Shown: positions 18,368-27,813, counted from the first letter of the stretch. The stretch: DNA of 54,037 nucleotides from a bacterium (GCA_030699935.1 JAUYKS010000014.1:1-54037), one strand, 5' to 3'. Numbers and translations are program-made. Notes: generated by a model from the sequence alone, not told the origin.

Positions 18368-19609
18368 GTGGCGAATATACAAAAGACATTGAAGCGACTG
18401 AAGCCGAACGTCCGGAAGTGGTCGAAGCGTACCAAGGTATTCGCCGGCGTCGTGGCCGTATTGGTCCTGCTTTACCTGGTCTACGCCGTCATCCTCTACA
18501 CGACCGGCGGCAACGACTCGCTGACGCGGTTCGTCTCGAACTTCGCGTACTATCCGGCCGCCAAGGTGTTCGCGCCCGGGTTCTGGCCGTACTACCTGGG
18601 AGGCCTCGTCGCGACCGCCGTATTGCTCGGTGCGATCGGGCGCCTCTGCTACCTGTTCATCAAGGGACGCACGGCCAGCCGTCAGACCTTGCTGATCCTG
18701 GTCGGGCTGATCCTGGTCGGCGGGCTGAACCTGACCTGGCTGCCGTCGCCCTCATCGGCTGCGGTCGGTTACGGCACGTTCCTCGACCGCGTCGCCACCT
18801 TCAAGAAGATCCAATCTGCCCAGCAGCAAGCCCAAGGAGTCACCTCGCAGCAGGACGAGATGATCAAGCCGTTCTCGCTCCAGCAGCTGATCCAACAGCG
18901 GTTGGTCCAGCAGGCCGCCACCAAGCTCAACGTTTCCGTCAGCGACAAGAAGGTCGACGAAGCGTACAAGGAGCAAGCCCAGCGGGTGCAGGGCGAGAAA
19001 GAATTCAAGCGATTGCTCAAGGAGCGCCTCGGCTGGTCGCCGCGCGAATACAAGCAGGAACTGCGCACGAACGTCCTGCTGCAGGAAGCGCTGAACGAGA
19101 AGATCAGCAGCGACGAGAACCTCAACAAGGGAGCCAAGGATCGGGCCGACCAGGCGTTGAAGGCGCTAAAGGACGGCAAGAGCTTCGCCGCGGTCGCCAA
19201 GCAGTATTCCGAGGATCCGACCGCCACGAAGGGCGGAGACCAAGGCACGTTGAAGCGCGGCCAGCTGGATCCGGCCATCGAGAAGGAAGCCTTCTCGCTG
19301 AAGGTCGGCTCGGTCAGCGACGTGATCAAGGCGCGCCAAGGTTTCGTGATTATCAAGGTGGAATCGCGGAGCAAGAACTCCGTCCGCATCCGCCAGGTCC
19401 TGGTCCTCGGCAAGAGCATCTCGACCTACTTCCAAGAGATCCTGCCGAAGACCAAGGTGTGGGTATTGGTGGACGGCTTGAAGTGGGACAAGGCGCTGTT
19501 CACCGTCCAGTCGACCAATCCGCAGCCGCCGCAGGTGCAGCCGCAGCCGGGCGCGGGCGCTTCCGGCGCGCCGGCTCCAGCCAAGAAGCCTGCAAAGTCG
19601 GCCAAGTAG
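18368..19609 (+). CDS. SurA/PrsA-like peptidyl-prolyl isomerase, membrane anchored
   Basis: TM helices, SurA-N-like helical region, parvulin motif FAAVAKQYSED..TKGGDQG...EAFSLKVGSVS. Confidence 0.85.
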   Translation: MANIQKTLKRLKPNVRKWSKRTKVFAGVVAVLVLLYLVYAVILYTTGGNDSLTRFVSNFAYYPAAKVFAPGFWPYYLGGLVATAVLLGAIGRLCYLFIKGRTASRQTLLILVGLILVGGLNLTWLPSPSSAAVGYGTFLDRVATFKKIQSAQQQAQGVTSQQDEMIKPFSLQQLIQQRLVQQAATKLNVSVSDKKVDEAYKEQAQRVQGEKEFKRLLKERLGWSPREYKQELRTNVLLQEALNEKISSDENLNKGAKDRADQALKALKDGKSFAAVAKQYSEDPTATKGGDQGTLKRGQLDPAIEKEAFSLKVGSVSDVIKARQGFVIIKVESRSKNSVRIRQVLVLGKSISTYFQEILPKTKVWVLVDGLKWDKALFTVQSTNPQPPQVQPQPGAGASGAPAPAKKPAKSAK

Positions 19610-19710
19610 CGACAAAGCAGGGACGGTATCGCCAGGGCGGGAACAATCCCGATATACTTATGTGGTACGCGTTCCGCGTGTATGCGCCGTTTGCACGGCG
19701 CCTTGCCCTC

Positions 19711-19784
19711 GGGGGCGTAGCTCAGTTGGTTAGAGCGCCTGCCTGTCACGCAGGAGGTCGCCGGTTCGAGTCCGGTCGTCCCCG
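19711..19784 (+). tRNA. tRNA-Asp(GTC)
   Basis: GGGGGCG/CGTCCCC acceptor, CCTGC-CTGTCAC-GCAGG anticodon arm, GGTTCGAGTCC. Confidence 0.96.
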
Positions 19785-19792
19785 CAGATGAA

Positions 19793-20515
19793 ATGAAGCC
19801 GATAACCCACAAGGTGACATGGCAGCCACAGGGGCCGACCGACTGCGTCCAGACCTCGCTGTCTGTTCTATTAGGCGCGTTAGGCAGGCCGACGCCGGTG
19901 TCGAAGGTAAAGAAAGACGTTCCACTACATACCAATACCCAGGGCGTTGTAATCGGAACGACCTTCGCGCACGCGGCCTTGCATCTTCGGCGGCTGGGAT
20001 TCAGGACGACGATTCACACCACCGACATCGATTTGCTCGACCGGACTTGGGAGGGTTTGGACGCCAAGGAATTGCGGAAGAAACTGACACAGCGAAAGAA
20101 GTTCATCCGGCATCCGTTCCTGGATGAGGAAGCCGTGGAAGCGTATGCCGAAGGATACGTTTCGTTCGTCAGAGCTGAAGGACGGATCAAACACCCTGTA
20201 CTGACGACCAAGTACCTGCATCGGTTACTTGAGAAGGCACCCTTCATCGCGGCCGTGAGCAAGCAATATCTCGTTTCGTGCTCGAAAAAGCGATTCGTCG
20301 GCAAAACGGGGAAAGCGGTTTTCGACGACGTCCGAGGTCAGACCAATACTCACGCGATCGTCGTGGCGGGATACCGGGACGGTCGTTTCCTGATAATCGA
20401 CTCCTCAGCTCCGAATGCCCGCGCCGGGCGCCGCTGGCTGAACGCGGAGCATCTGATCGGCGCGATCTGCTTGGCGGAGACCGAGTGGGACAATCTGGTG
20501 ATCACGGCAGTGTAG
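19793..20515 (+). CDS. C39-like (papain-fold) peptidase
   Basis: QPQGPTDC (Q..C), HAIVVAGY...FLIIDS (H...D). Confidence 0.7.
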   Translation: MKPITHKVTWQPQGPTDCVQTSLSVLLGALGRPTPVSKVKKDVPLHTNTQGVVIGTTFAHAALHLRRLGFRTTIHTTDIDLLDRTWEGLDAKELRKKLTQRKKFIRHPFLDEEAVEAYAEGYVSFVRAEGRIKHPVLTTKYLHRLLEKAPFIAAVSKQYLVSCSKKRFVGKTGKAVFDDVRGQTNTHAIVVAGYRDGRFLIIDSSAPNARAGRRWLNAEHLIGAICLAETEWDNLVITAV

Positions 20516-20568
20516 AATGAGGGCGTCTAGCGGATGCACATCAACAATCAGATTCGGAAAGGCTCCAC

Positions 20569-21114
20569 ATGGGATGGTTGCCATTCATACTGGCCTTGGC
20601 TCTCGGCCGAGAGCACGCGATCATCGTGGCCAGGGCAAGCGACCTTTCCTCCGTGGAAGCGCTGCTCCTGACCGCGGGTTGGTACTTGGCCCTGAGTTGC
20701 CTGACGATCTATTTTCTCGACCGTCCGGCAGTCGCCCGGAAGCTGGCGAAGCTCCAGGACACCAAGCTGTGCCGCCGTATCATCGGCGGGATTACCCCGC
20801 CGTGGCGCGGCCTGGCCGTCTTCGTCCTCTGCTTCGTACCGAACGGATTCTGGGTGGGCATCCTTCTGATGACCTTCTGGAAATACCGCTGGTATCAGCG
20901 AGTCCTGCTGGTAACGGCCGGCAACGTGGCTTCTTACTTCGCGTACGAAGCGGCGATGGCGCCGGTCCTGGGACTGTTCGGCTCGTACCTGCTGTTGGCG
21001 ATTCCCGCGCTGTTGCTTGTCGGATTGGTCGTCAAAGAGCGCAGCCGGTTCACAACGGTCCGGAATTGGTCGACGCGGCGCTACCGCCTGATCTTTTCCA
21101 AAGCCGTGTCCTGA
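20569..21114 (+). CDS. hypothetical membrane protein
   Basis: 181 aa, several hydrophobic helices; GGAAAGG upstream. Confidence 0.65.
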   Translation: MGWLPFILALALGREHAIIVARASDLSSVEALLLTAGWYLALSCLTIYFLDRPAVARKLAKLQDTKLCRRIIGGITPPWRGLAVFVLCFVPNGFWVGILLMTFWKYRWYQRVLLVTAGNVASYFAYEAAMAPVLGLFGSYLLLAIPALLLVGLVVKERSRFTTVRNWSTRRYRLIFSKAVS

Positions 21115-21139
21115 TGTCCTGATTCTGAAGTAATGATGT

Positions 21140-21186
21140 GCGAAAAACCCTTCGGGTCCACCTAACGATCCCCAGGGTTTTTTCGC
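21140..21186. terminator. bidirectional terminator-like hairpin between convergent genes
   Basis: GCGAAAAACCCT...AGGGTTTTTTCGC stem with an inner GGGTC/GATCC stem. Confidence 0.65.
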
Positions 21187-21223
21187 TTGGGACGGTTAGA
21201 CGGGCCAGGCCGAGCGCGGCAGA

Positions 21224-21961
21224 TTAGGCCGAGCGCCGCCGCAGCGGCGCCGCGCCGAGCACCAGCGCGCCGACCCCGAACGCCAGCACGATCAGGAAGT
21301 CGCCGGTCAGCTCGGAGGTGATCGCGGTGTCGCGCGCCACCCGCTCGATCATGTCCACCGAATACGAGAGCGGCAGCCAGTCCGAGACGTCGCGGAGCAG
21401 GGGCGCCATCTGGTCGCGGTCGATGAACAGTCCGCAGAGCAGGTATTGCGGCAGCACCACGGCCGGCATGAACTGGACGGCTTGGAATTCGGTCCGCGCG
21501 AAGGCGCTAACGAACAGGCCGAGCGCCATGCCGAGCAGCCCGTCCAAGGTGGCCGCCGCGACCAGGCTCACCACGCTACCTTCGATGTTCAGGTCGAGCG
21601 GGCCGAGGGCGACCGCTGAGACGGCCAGCGCCTGGATCACGGCCATCACCCCGAAGGCGATCGCGTAGCCGAGCAGAAGGTCGAGCTTGCCGGCCGGCAT
21701 CGCCAACAGCCGCTCCAGCGTGCCGCTGGTGCGTTCGCGGAGCGTGGTGATCGAGGTCACGATGAACATCACCGTGAACGGGAACAGGCCGAGCACGATT
21801 GGACCGAACTGCTGGAAGATCGCCGGCGAGTCGTCGAAGACGTACCGGAGCAAAGTGACCAGCAGGATAGGCACGCCGACGATCAGCAGCAGGGTGCGGG
21901 GGTCGTGGCGGAGCTGGAGCAGTACCCGCTTGGCGGTGGCGAGGGTGCGGCGGGCGTTCAT
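21224..21961 (-). CDS. ABC-2 type transporter permease
   Basis: RHDPRT, LRERTSGTLERLL, ARTEFQAVQF; about six TM helices. Confidence 0.93.
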   Translation of the reverse strand: MNARRTLATAKRVLLQLRHDPRTLLLIVGVPILLVTLLRYVFDDSPAIFQQFGPIVLGLFPFTVMFIVTSITTLRERTSGTLERLLAMPAGKLDLLLGYAIAFGVMAVIQALAVSAVALGPLDLNIEGSVVSLVAAATLDGLLGMALGLFVSAFARTEFQAVQFMPAVVLPQYLLCGLFIDRDQMAPLLRDVSDWLPLSYSVDMIERVARDTAITSELTGDFLIVLAFGVGALVLGAAPLRRRSA

Positions 21962-22683
21962 GAGTTCCCTCCAACCAGTTTGAGGAAGGCTTCGCCGATC
22001 GTTAGGCTGCCGGTCCTCCGGCGGAGCGCCGCCGGTCGGTCACTGGCCAGGAGTCGGCCGCCGCGCAACAGGAACAGGTGGTCGCAATGTTCGGCTTCTT
22101 CCATCGCGTGGCTCGAGACGAAGAGGGTGGTGCCCGCTCGGGCCAGGCGCCGGAACCGTTGCCAGAGCTTGCGGCGGAGTACCGGATCCAGCTCGACGGT
22201 CGGCTCGTCGAGGACCAGCAGCTTGGGAGCGCCGAGCAGCGCGACGCCAAGCGATACCCGCGCCTGCTGGCCGCCGGAAAGGTTCTGCACCAGCCGGTCG
22301 GCGCAGTCCTCGAGCTCGAGGTCCGCGATCAGCGCTTTGGTCTCCGAGGCCCGCGCCCCCATCATCGCCGAGAAGTAGTCAAGGTTCTCCCGCGCCGTCA
22401 GGTCGGCGTAGACCGATAGCGTCTGCGCCATGTAGCCGACCCGCCGTCGCAGCCAGGCGTTGCCGGCCGGACGGCCGTACACCGTCACCGTGCCGCGCTT
22501 GATCCGCTGCACGCCGACGATCGCCCGCATCAGGGTCGTCTTGCCGGAACCCGACGGACCGATCAACCCGACCACCTTGCCCTTCGGGATCTCGGCCGAG
22601 AAATCGCTCAGTACCGGCTTGCCGGACCGGACGATACCGAGGTCCTTGATCGAGACGGCAGGCGTGGTGCGCTTCGTTTTCAT
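21958..22683 (-). CDS. ABC transporter ATP-binding protein
   Basis: GPSGSGKTT, LSGGQ, LVLDEPT, SSH; ATG start at 22683. Confidence 0.93.
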   Translation of the reverse strand: MKTKRTTPAVSIKDLGIVRSGKPVLSDFSAEIPKGKVVGLIGPSGSGKTTLMRAIVGVQRIKRGTVTVYGRPAGNAWLRRRVGYMAQTLSVYADLTARENLDYFSAMMGARASETKALIADLELEDCADRLVQNLSGGQQARVSLGVALLGAPKLLVLDEPTVELDPVLRRKLWQRFRRLARAGTTLFVSSHAMEEAEHCDHLFLLRGGRLLASDRPAALRRRTGSLTIGEAFLKLVGGNS

Positions 22684-22741
22684 TCCCTGACCTTCATGCC
22701 TCAATCATACTGCGCGGGGAACACGCTATACTATTTCCACC

Positions 22742-23803
22742 ATGTCCCTCCAGCGCTTTCCAGGGTTCATCGACGTCCATGTCCACCTGCGGGATCCGGG
22801 CGCCACGCAGAAGGAGGACTTCGCGACGGGCACCCGTGCCGCCGCGGCCGGCGGCTTCACGTACGTGGTCGACATGCCGAACAACCCGACGCCGACGGTC
22901 TCGCTCGAGCGCCTCGCGGAAAAGGAAAAGCTGGCGGACGCTAAGGCCGTCTGCGGTCTCGGCTTCCACTACGGCGCCGACGGTTCGGAGGCGAACCTGG
23001 CGAGCTTCCCCGAGGCGGCCAAGCACCCGCGCGTGTTCGGGCTAAAGATCTACCTTAACCACACCACCGGCGAGATGCTGATCGAAGACATCTCGGTGCT
23101 GCGGACGATCTTCGAGACTTGGCCGGCCGAGAAGCCGGTGCTGGTCCACGCGGAGGGCGTCCAGCTGGCGGCGGCTCTGTCGCTGGCTCATTTCTATGAC
23201 AAGCGGCTGCACGTCTGCCACATCTCGCAGGCGGTCGAGGTGGAGCTGGTCAAGGCGGCCAAGCGGAAGAAGCAGGTCGTGACCGCGGGCGTCTGTCCCC
23301 ATCACTTGTTCCTGACCGGTGAGGCGCGGGAGACGCACGGCTCGCAGGCGATCATGAAGCCGCCGCTCGGCGAGGACGCGGACAAGAAGGCGCTCTGGAG
23401 CGGGCTGCAGGACGGCACGATCGACATTGTCGAGACGGACCACGCGCCCCACACGCTTGAGGAGAAGCAGGGCGACCCGCCGCCGTTCGGCGTGCCGGGG
23501 CTCGAGACCGCGGTCGGTTTGCTCTGGAAGGCGGTGCACGACGGGGACTTGAAGGCCGCGGACGTGCCGCGCCTTTTGCACGAGGCGCCGAAACGGATCT
23601 TCAACATTCCCGACCAGCCGGACACGTACGTGGAGCTGGACCCGGACGAACCGTACGAGATCAACCCGGCCGCGTTCCAGTCGAAAGCCAAGTGGTCGCC
23701 GTTCGCCGGTTGGACGGCGTACGGCAAGTCGCGAACGGTCGTGGTGCAGGGCAAGACGCTGGTCGAGGACGGGGCGTTCGTCGAAGGAACCTCAGCCAAA
23801 TGA
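22742..23803 (+). CDS. pyrC: dihydroorotase (CAD-like)
   Basis: PGFIDVHVHLRDPG, DMPN, GLKIYLN, HAE, HVCHIS, TDHAPH, GVPGLE; directly upstream of pyrB. Confidence 0.92.
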   Translation: MSLQRFPGFIDVHVHLRDPGATQKEDFATGTRAAAAGGFTYVVDMPNNPTPTVSLERLAEKEKLADAKAVCGLGFHYGADGSEANLASFPEAAKHPRVFGLKIYLNHTTGEMLIEDISVLRTIFETWPAEKPVLVHAEGVQLAAALSLAHFYDKRLHVCHISQAVEVELVKAAKRKKQVVTAGVCPHHLFLTGEARETHGSQAIMKPPLGEDADKKALWSGLQDGTIDIVETDHAPHTLEEKQGDPPPFGVPGLETAVGLLWKAVHDGDLKAADVPRLLHEAPKRIFNIPDQPDTYVELDPDEPYEINPAAFQSKAKWSPFAGWTAYGKSRTVVVQGKTLVEDGAFVEGTSAK

Positions 23804-24714
23804 AGTCGCTGGCCGGCCAGGACGTGCTGACCGCCGGACAGTTCAAGCCGTCGGTCTGCGAGCAGTTGTTCAAGGAGGCTCGCGCGATGCGGACCTTGGT
23901 CGACGAGCACGGCTCTCTGGACCGGCTTGGATCGCGTGTCCTGATTAACCTCTTCTACGAACCGTCGACCCGAACCTCGGCGTCGTTCGCGGCGGCGATG
24001 CTGCGGCTTGGCGGCAAGGTCTTCCCGATCAACGAGATCAAGACCTCCTCGGTGGCCAAGGGCGAGACGCTCGAGGACACGATCAAGACGCTCGAGCAGT
24101 ACGCCGACGTGATCGTGCTCCGGCATCCCGAGGCGGGCTCCGCGCAACGGGCGGCCGCGGCCGCGGACATCCCGATCATCAACGCCGGCGACGGCGCCGG
24201 CGAGCATCCGACCCAGGCCTTGCTCGATCTTTTCACGATCATCGAGGAAAAGGGCGGCCCGGACGGACTGAGCATCACCCTGCTCGGAGACCTGAAGCAC
24301 GGCCGGACCGTGCATTCCCTGGCCCGGCTGCTTTCAAACTACGACGTGCGGCTCAACCTGGTCTCGCCGAAGACGCTCGGTCTCCCCAAGGCGGTTCGTG
24401 ACGACCTCTCCGTGTCGGTGACGGAGCACGATTCGCTCGAGTCGGCACTGCCGGACACCGACGTGCTCTACGTGACGCGGGTGCAGCGGGAACGGTTCGC
24501 CAAGAAAGCCGATTACGATAAGGTCAAGGGAAGCTACGTGGTCAGCCCGGAGTCGTTGGTTAAGGCTAAGGACGACCTGATCGTGCTGCATCCCCTGCCG
24601 CGGGTCGACGAGATCGACGCGCGGATGGACGCCGATCCCCGCGCCGCCTATTTCCGCGAGGTCCGGAACGGCCTGTACGTCCGGATGGCATTGTTGGCGC
24701 TGGTGCTTGGCTGA
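23800..24714 (+). CDS. pyrB: aspartate carbamoyltransferase
   Basis: FYEPSTRT, NAGDGAGEHPTQ, GDLKHGRT, TRVQRER, HPLPR; ATGA overlap with pyrC. Confidence 0.96.
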   Translation: MKSLAGQDVLTAGQFKPSVCEQLFKEARAMRTLVDEHGSLDRLGSRVLINLFYEPSTRTSASFAAAMLRLGGKVFPINEIKTSSVAKGETLEDTIKTLEQYADVIVLRHPEAGSAQRAAAAADIPIINAGDGAGEHPTQALLDLFTIIEEKGGPDGLSITLLGDLKHGRTVHSLARLLSNYDVRLNLVSPKTLGLPKAVRDDLSVSVTEHDSLESALPDTDVLYVTRVQRERFAKKADYDKVKGSYVVSPESLVKAKDDLIVLHPLPRVDEIDARMDADPRAAYFREVRNGLYVRMALLALVLG

Positions 24715-25427
24715 TGACCCGGCTCGGAAAGCTGATTGCGATCGCCGGGATGGCCTCGCGCCGCCGGGCCGTGGAATTGGTGAAGGTCGGCAAGGTGCGG
24801 GTCGGCGGACGGGTCGAGAAGGATCCGGCCGTGGACGTGCCGCCGGACGCGTCAGTTACCGTGGACGGCCGGACATTGCGACGCGAACCGCTCCGGCACT
24901 ACCTGCTGCACAAGCCGGTCGGCACGGTCTCGACCGCGGCCGACACGCACGGTCGCCGGACGGTGACCGACTTGGTACCTAAGGGAGCGCGGGTCTATCC
25001 GGTCGGCCGGCTCGATGCCGATTCCAGCGGGCTGATCCTCCTGACGAACGACGGCGATTTGACGAACAAGCTGACCCATCCACGGCACGAGGTCCCGAAG
25101 ACCTACCGCGTCACGTTCGAGGGCGCGCTTTCCGAAAAGACGCTGGATCGGCTGCGTCGCGGCGTCCGGCTGCGCGAGACGAAGGGCCACGTCGTCACGA
25201 AGCCGGCGGATGTCCGGGTGGTCCGCTCCGGCCGGGGCAGCACCACGGCGGAACTCACCATCCGCGAAGGCCGGAACCGCCAGATCCGGCGGATGGGCGA
25301 AGCGGTCGGACACGCAGTGACGAACCTTGTCCGGATCAGGATGGGGCCGCTGTCGCTCGGACGGCTGCCAAAGGGCAAGTACCGGCCGCTCGAGCGGCGG
25401 GAACTGGACGCGCTCCGGAAGCTATGA
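24714..25427 (+). CDS. RsuA/RluB family rRNA pseudouridine synthase
   Basis: S4 domain; HKPVG, PVGRLDADSSGL, EGRNRQIRRM. Confidence 0.93.
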   Translation: MTRLGKLIAIAGMASRRRAVELVKVGKVRVGGRVEKDPAVDVPPDASVTVDGRTLRREPLRHYLLHKPVGTVSTAADTHGRRTVTDLVPKGARVYPVGRLDADSSGLILLTNDGDLTNKLTHPRHEVPKTYRVTFEGALSEKTLDRLRRGVRLRETKGHVVTKPADVRVVRSGRGSTTAELTIREGRNRQIRRMGEAVGHAVTNLVRIRMGPLSLGRLPKGKYRPLERRELDALRKL

Positions 25428-25844
25428 TCTTTGCGGCGAGCCGCCCAAAGCGTCCGGATTGACCTCCGGTACGACCAAGGGCACGCCGGGATCCATCCGG
25501 AACTCGCTGGACATGTCGATCACCTCGCAACCCGCTTCGGCTGCCAGAGGAGCCCACTCACGCGAGACGTCCGCATCCGTCGCGAAGAACGCGAGATCGA
25601 AATCCCGGAAGTCCACTTCTTCGAACGTCTTGACGACCAGGCCTTCACCCTTGAATCGGACGTTCGTTCCCGCCGAGTGTTCCGAAGCTACGACCGTCAA
25701 CTCGGACACCGGAAAAGACCGGACCTCGAGCTGATTCAATAATTCCCGCCCGGCCACGCCGGTGGCTCCGGCCACCAGGACCCGGTAGCCTTGAGGCTCC
25801 CGTTCAGCGTCCGGCCTGTTTTCCTGGTTTTCCTGACGTGTCAT
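25422..25844 (-). pseudogene. asd: aspartate-semialdehyde dehydrogenase, N-terminal NAD(P)-binding domain only
   Basis: VAGATGVAGREL, SEHSAG, VIDMSSEFRMDPGVPLVVPEVN; stops before the catalytic NPNC. Confidence 0.8.
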
Positions 25845-26424
25845 GGTTAACGAACGATTGTACTTCATCGGTGATCACTCCGTCGACCGGTAAGCCGCTC
25901 CATCGTTTCGGCACGAAGACGGTTACGCGTTGCGGCGTCTTCCGGAGTGCACGGGCGGTCAGGCTCAGGTGCCAGGTGTGGAACTCCGAAACCCCGAGCG
26001 ACTTCGCGAACCGCCGGTCCCAGCCCAGCCACCGTGTTATGAATACCATGTGGAGTTGCGGATACTGACGCTTGGCATAGCGCAGCGTTCCCGGCCAGCA
26101 AGAGGAAACTACCAGACCCGGCCGGTGCGTTACGTCGCTGAGCAGCCGCAACACCTTCCGATCGTGACGTCGGCTGAGATGGCGGCGTTTGAGGTGCAGA
26201 AAAACCGGGCAGTCGAGTTCATCCAGCACTTCCTTGAGCGACTCTTTCGGCTGCCGCGGCGGATGGGCGAGCATCAGCTTCCCGCCGATCAGCTGCACGT
26301 CCAGCTCTACCGCGTCCGCGCCATTGCGAATCGCGTCCCGGCAACTCGCCAAGGTGTTCTCGTCCGGACCCGCGCCGTTCCCGCGGTGTCCGATGACCTC
26401 AAGCCGCCGCTTCCGCGCCTGCAT
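25804..26424 (-). CDS. glycerophosphodiester phosphodiesterase family protein
   Basis: IGHRG...ENTL...GADAVELDVQ...LAH; start MQARK coupled (TGATG) to the upstream gene. Confidence 0.85.
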   Translation of the reverse strand: MQARKRRLEVIGHRGNGAGPDENTLASCRDAIRNGADAVELDVQLIGGKLMLAHPPRQPKESLKEVLDELDCPVFLHLKRRHLSRRHDRKVLRLLSDVTHRPGLVVSSCWPGTLRYAKRQYPQLHMVFITRWLGWDRRFAKSLGVSEFHTWHLSLTARALRKTPQRVTVFVPKRWSGLPVDGVITDEVQSFVNHDTSGKPGKQAGR

Positions 26425-26888
26425 CACTCGGTGCGGTAGCGGAACGCGAAGGCCAGTCCGCCGAAGAGATATCCGAAGAGCAGGCCGGTCACGCCGAGCG
26501 CGCTCACCATCTCCGGATCGATCAGCCGGCCGATGATCTGCACGACGACGACGTACGCGGCCAGAGCGAACAGCAGGGAGGTGGAAAGTACTCCGTACTT
26601 CCGGAGCTTCGGCCAGAGCAATGCCCAGACGATGCCGATCAGCGCCCAGACGACGAAGTGGACGGCCGACCCGACCAGCCAATCCAGCCCGAATCCGGGC
26701 GAATCCAACGCGTCCGGCCCGAGCACCGACGCGGACACGAACGAGCCGTAATCGGCCGCCGCGCCGCTGCCGAGCGCGCCGATCAACAGCGCCCACGCCC
26801 AGACGACCGCGCCGGCGACCAGGCCGGCCAACAGGCCCCGGTCCAGCTTGGGCACGTGTTTCCGTTCGACGACGTTCACTTGCGGCAT
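26424..26888 (-). CDS. hypothetical membrane protein
   Basis: 154 aa, four TM helices, GLLAGLVAG...HF motif; TATGAT 6 nt upstream. Confidence 0.75.
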   Translation of the reverse strand: MPQVNVVERKHVPKLDRGLLAGLVAGAVVWAWALLIGALGSGAAADYGSFVSASVLGPDALDSPGFGLDWLVGSAVHFVVWALIGIVWALLWPKLRKYGVLSTSLLFALAAYVVVVQIIGRLIDPEMVSALGVTGLLFGYLFGGLAFAFRYRTE

Positions 26889-26944
26889 GTGGTTATCATA
26901 CTCGATATACTTCTAGAGAGGCTGCCTTAGCCTTTCACAACCAA

Positions 26945-27018
26945 GCCGCCTTAGCTCAGTTGGCCAGAGCAGTCCCTTCGTAAGGGAAAGGTCCCCGGTT
27001 CGAATCCGGGAGGCGGCT
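26945..27018 (+). tRNA. tRNA-Thr(CGT)
   Basis: GCCGCCT/AGGCGGC acceptor, TCCC-TTCGTAA-GGGA anticodon arm, GGTTCGAATCC. Confidence 0.93.
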
Positions 27019-27029
27019 CAGAGGAACCC

Positions 27030-27707
27030 GTGTCGACCAAACTCAAGCACATCGAGAAGGCCCAGCGCATCACCGAGCGGGTGTTCGATGAGCTGCTGAA
27101 GGAAGTCCGGGCCGGGCGGACCGAGCGGGAGCTGGCGCGCCTGATCCGCACGTTGGCGAAGCGCCACGGTGCGGACGGACTCTCGTTCGACCCGATCGTC
27201 GCGGCCGGACGGAGCGCTGCCGACCCGCACGCCAAGCCGGGGAACCGAAAGCTCCGCCGCGGCCAACTCCTGATGATCGATCTCGGCGTACGCTCCGGAG
27301 GGTACTGCTCGGACATGACCCGCATGGTCGCGATCGGGCCGCCCACGGCGGAAGCGCGGAAGGCGTACGGAATCGTGCTCCGGGCCCAACGAGCCGCGAT
27401 CCGTGCCGCCCGGGCCGGCATGGTCGCCCGCGACTTGGACGCCGTCGCCCGAGGCATCATCGCCCGCGCCGGGTACGGCAAGTACTTCGTGCACGCGCTC
27501 GGCCACGGGGTCGGACGGAATATCCACCAGGACCCGCGACTTACCCCGAAGCGCCGCCACCGGCTCAAGGCCGGCGACGTGATCACGGTCGAGCCGGGCA
27601 TCTACCTGCCCGGCCGGCTCGGCGTCCGGATCGAGGACATGCTGGTGCTCACCGCCCGCGGCAACCGCAACCTCACCGGGACACCGAAGCGCCTGCGGGT
27701 GCTCTGA
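27030..27707 (+). CDS. M24 family Xaa-Pro peptidase (catalytic domain only)
   Basis: PHA, IDLG...GYCSDMTR, HALGHGVG..IH, TVEPGIY, GVRIED. Confidence 0.92.
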   Translation: MSTKLKHIEKAQRITERVFDELLKEVRAGRTERELARLIRTLAKRHGADGLSFDPIVAAGRSAADPHAKPGNRKLRRGQLLMIDLGVRSGGYCSDMTRMVAIGPPTAEARKAYGIVLRAQRAAIRAARAGMVARDLDAVARGIIARAGYGKYFVHALGHGVGRNIHQDPRLTPKRRHRLKAGDVITVEPGIYLPGRLGVRIEDMLVLTARGNRNLTGTPKRLRVL

Positions 27708-27738
27708 ACCGCGCGGGCCCGATATAATCAACGGGTAC

Positions 27739-27809
27739 GCGGGTATCGTATAGTGGCATTACGCGTGCTTCCCAAGCACGAAAGAGGAGTTCGATTCTCC
27801 TTACCCGCT
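27739..27809 (+). tRNA. tRNA-Gly(CCC)
   Basis: GCGGGTA/TACCCGC acceptor, CGTGC-TTCCCAA-GCACG anticodon arm, GGAG-TTCGATT-CTCC. Confidence 0.94.
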
Positions 27810-27813
27810 CAAT

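Noticed and set aside
21160-21201. ACCTAAC...GTTAGAC resembling integron attC R''/R' boxes
   Set aside because: Span is only about 42 bp, shorter than known attC sites; there is no array; and the recombinase lacks an evident IntI-specific insertion
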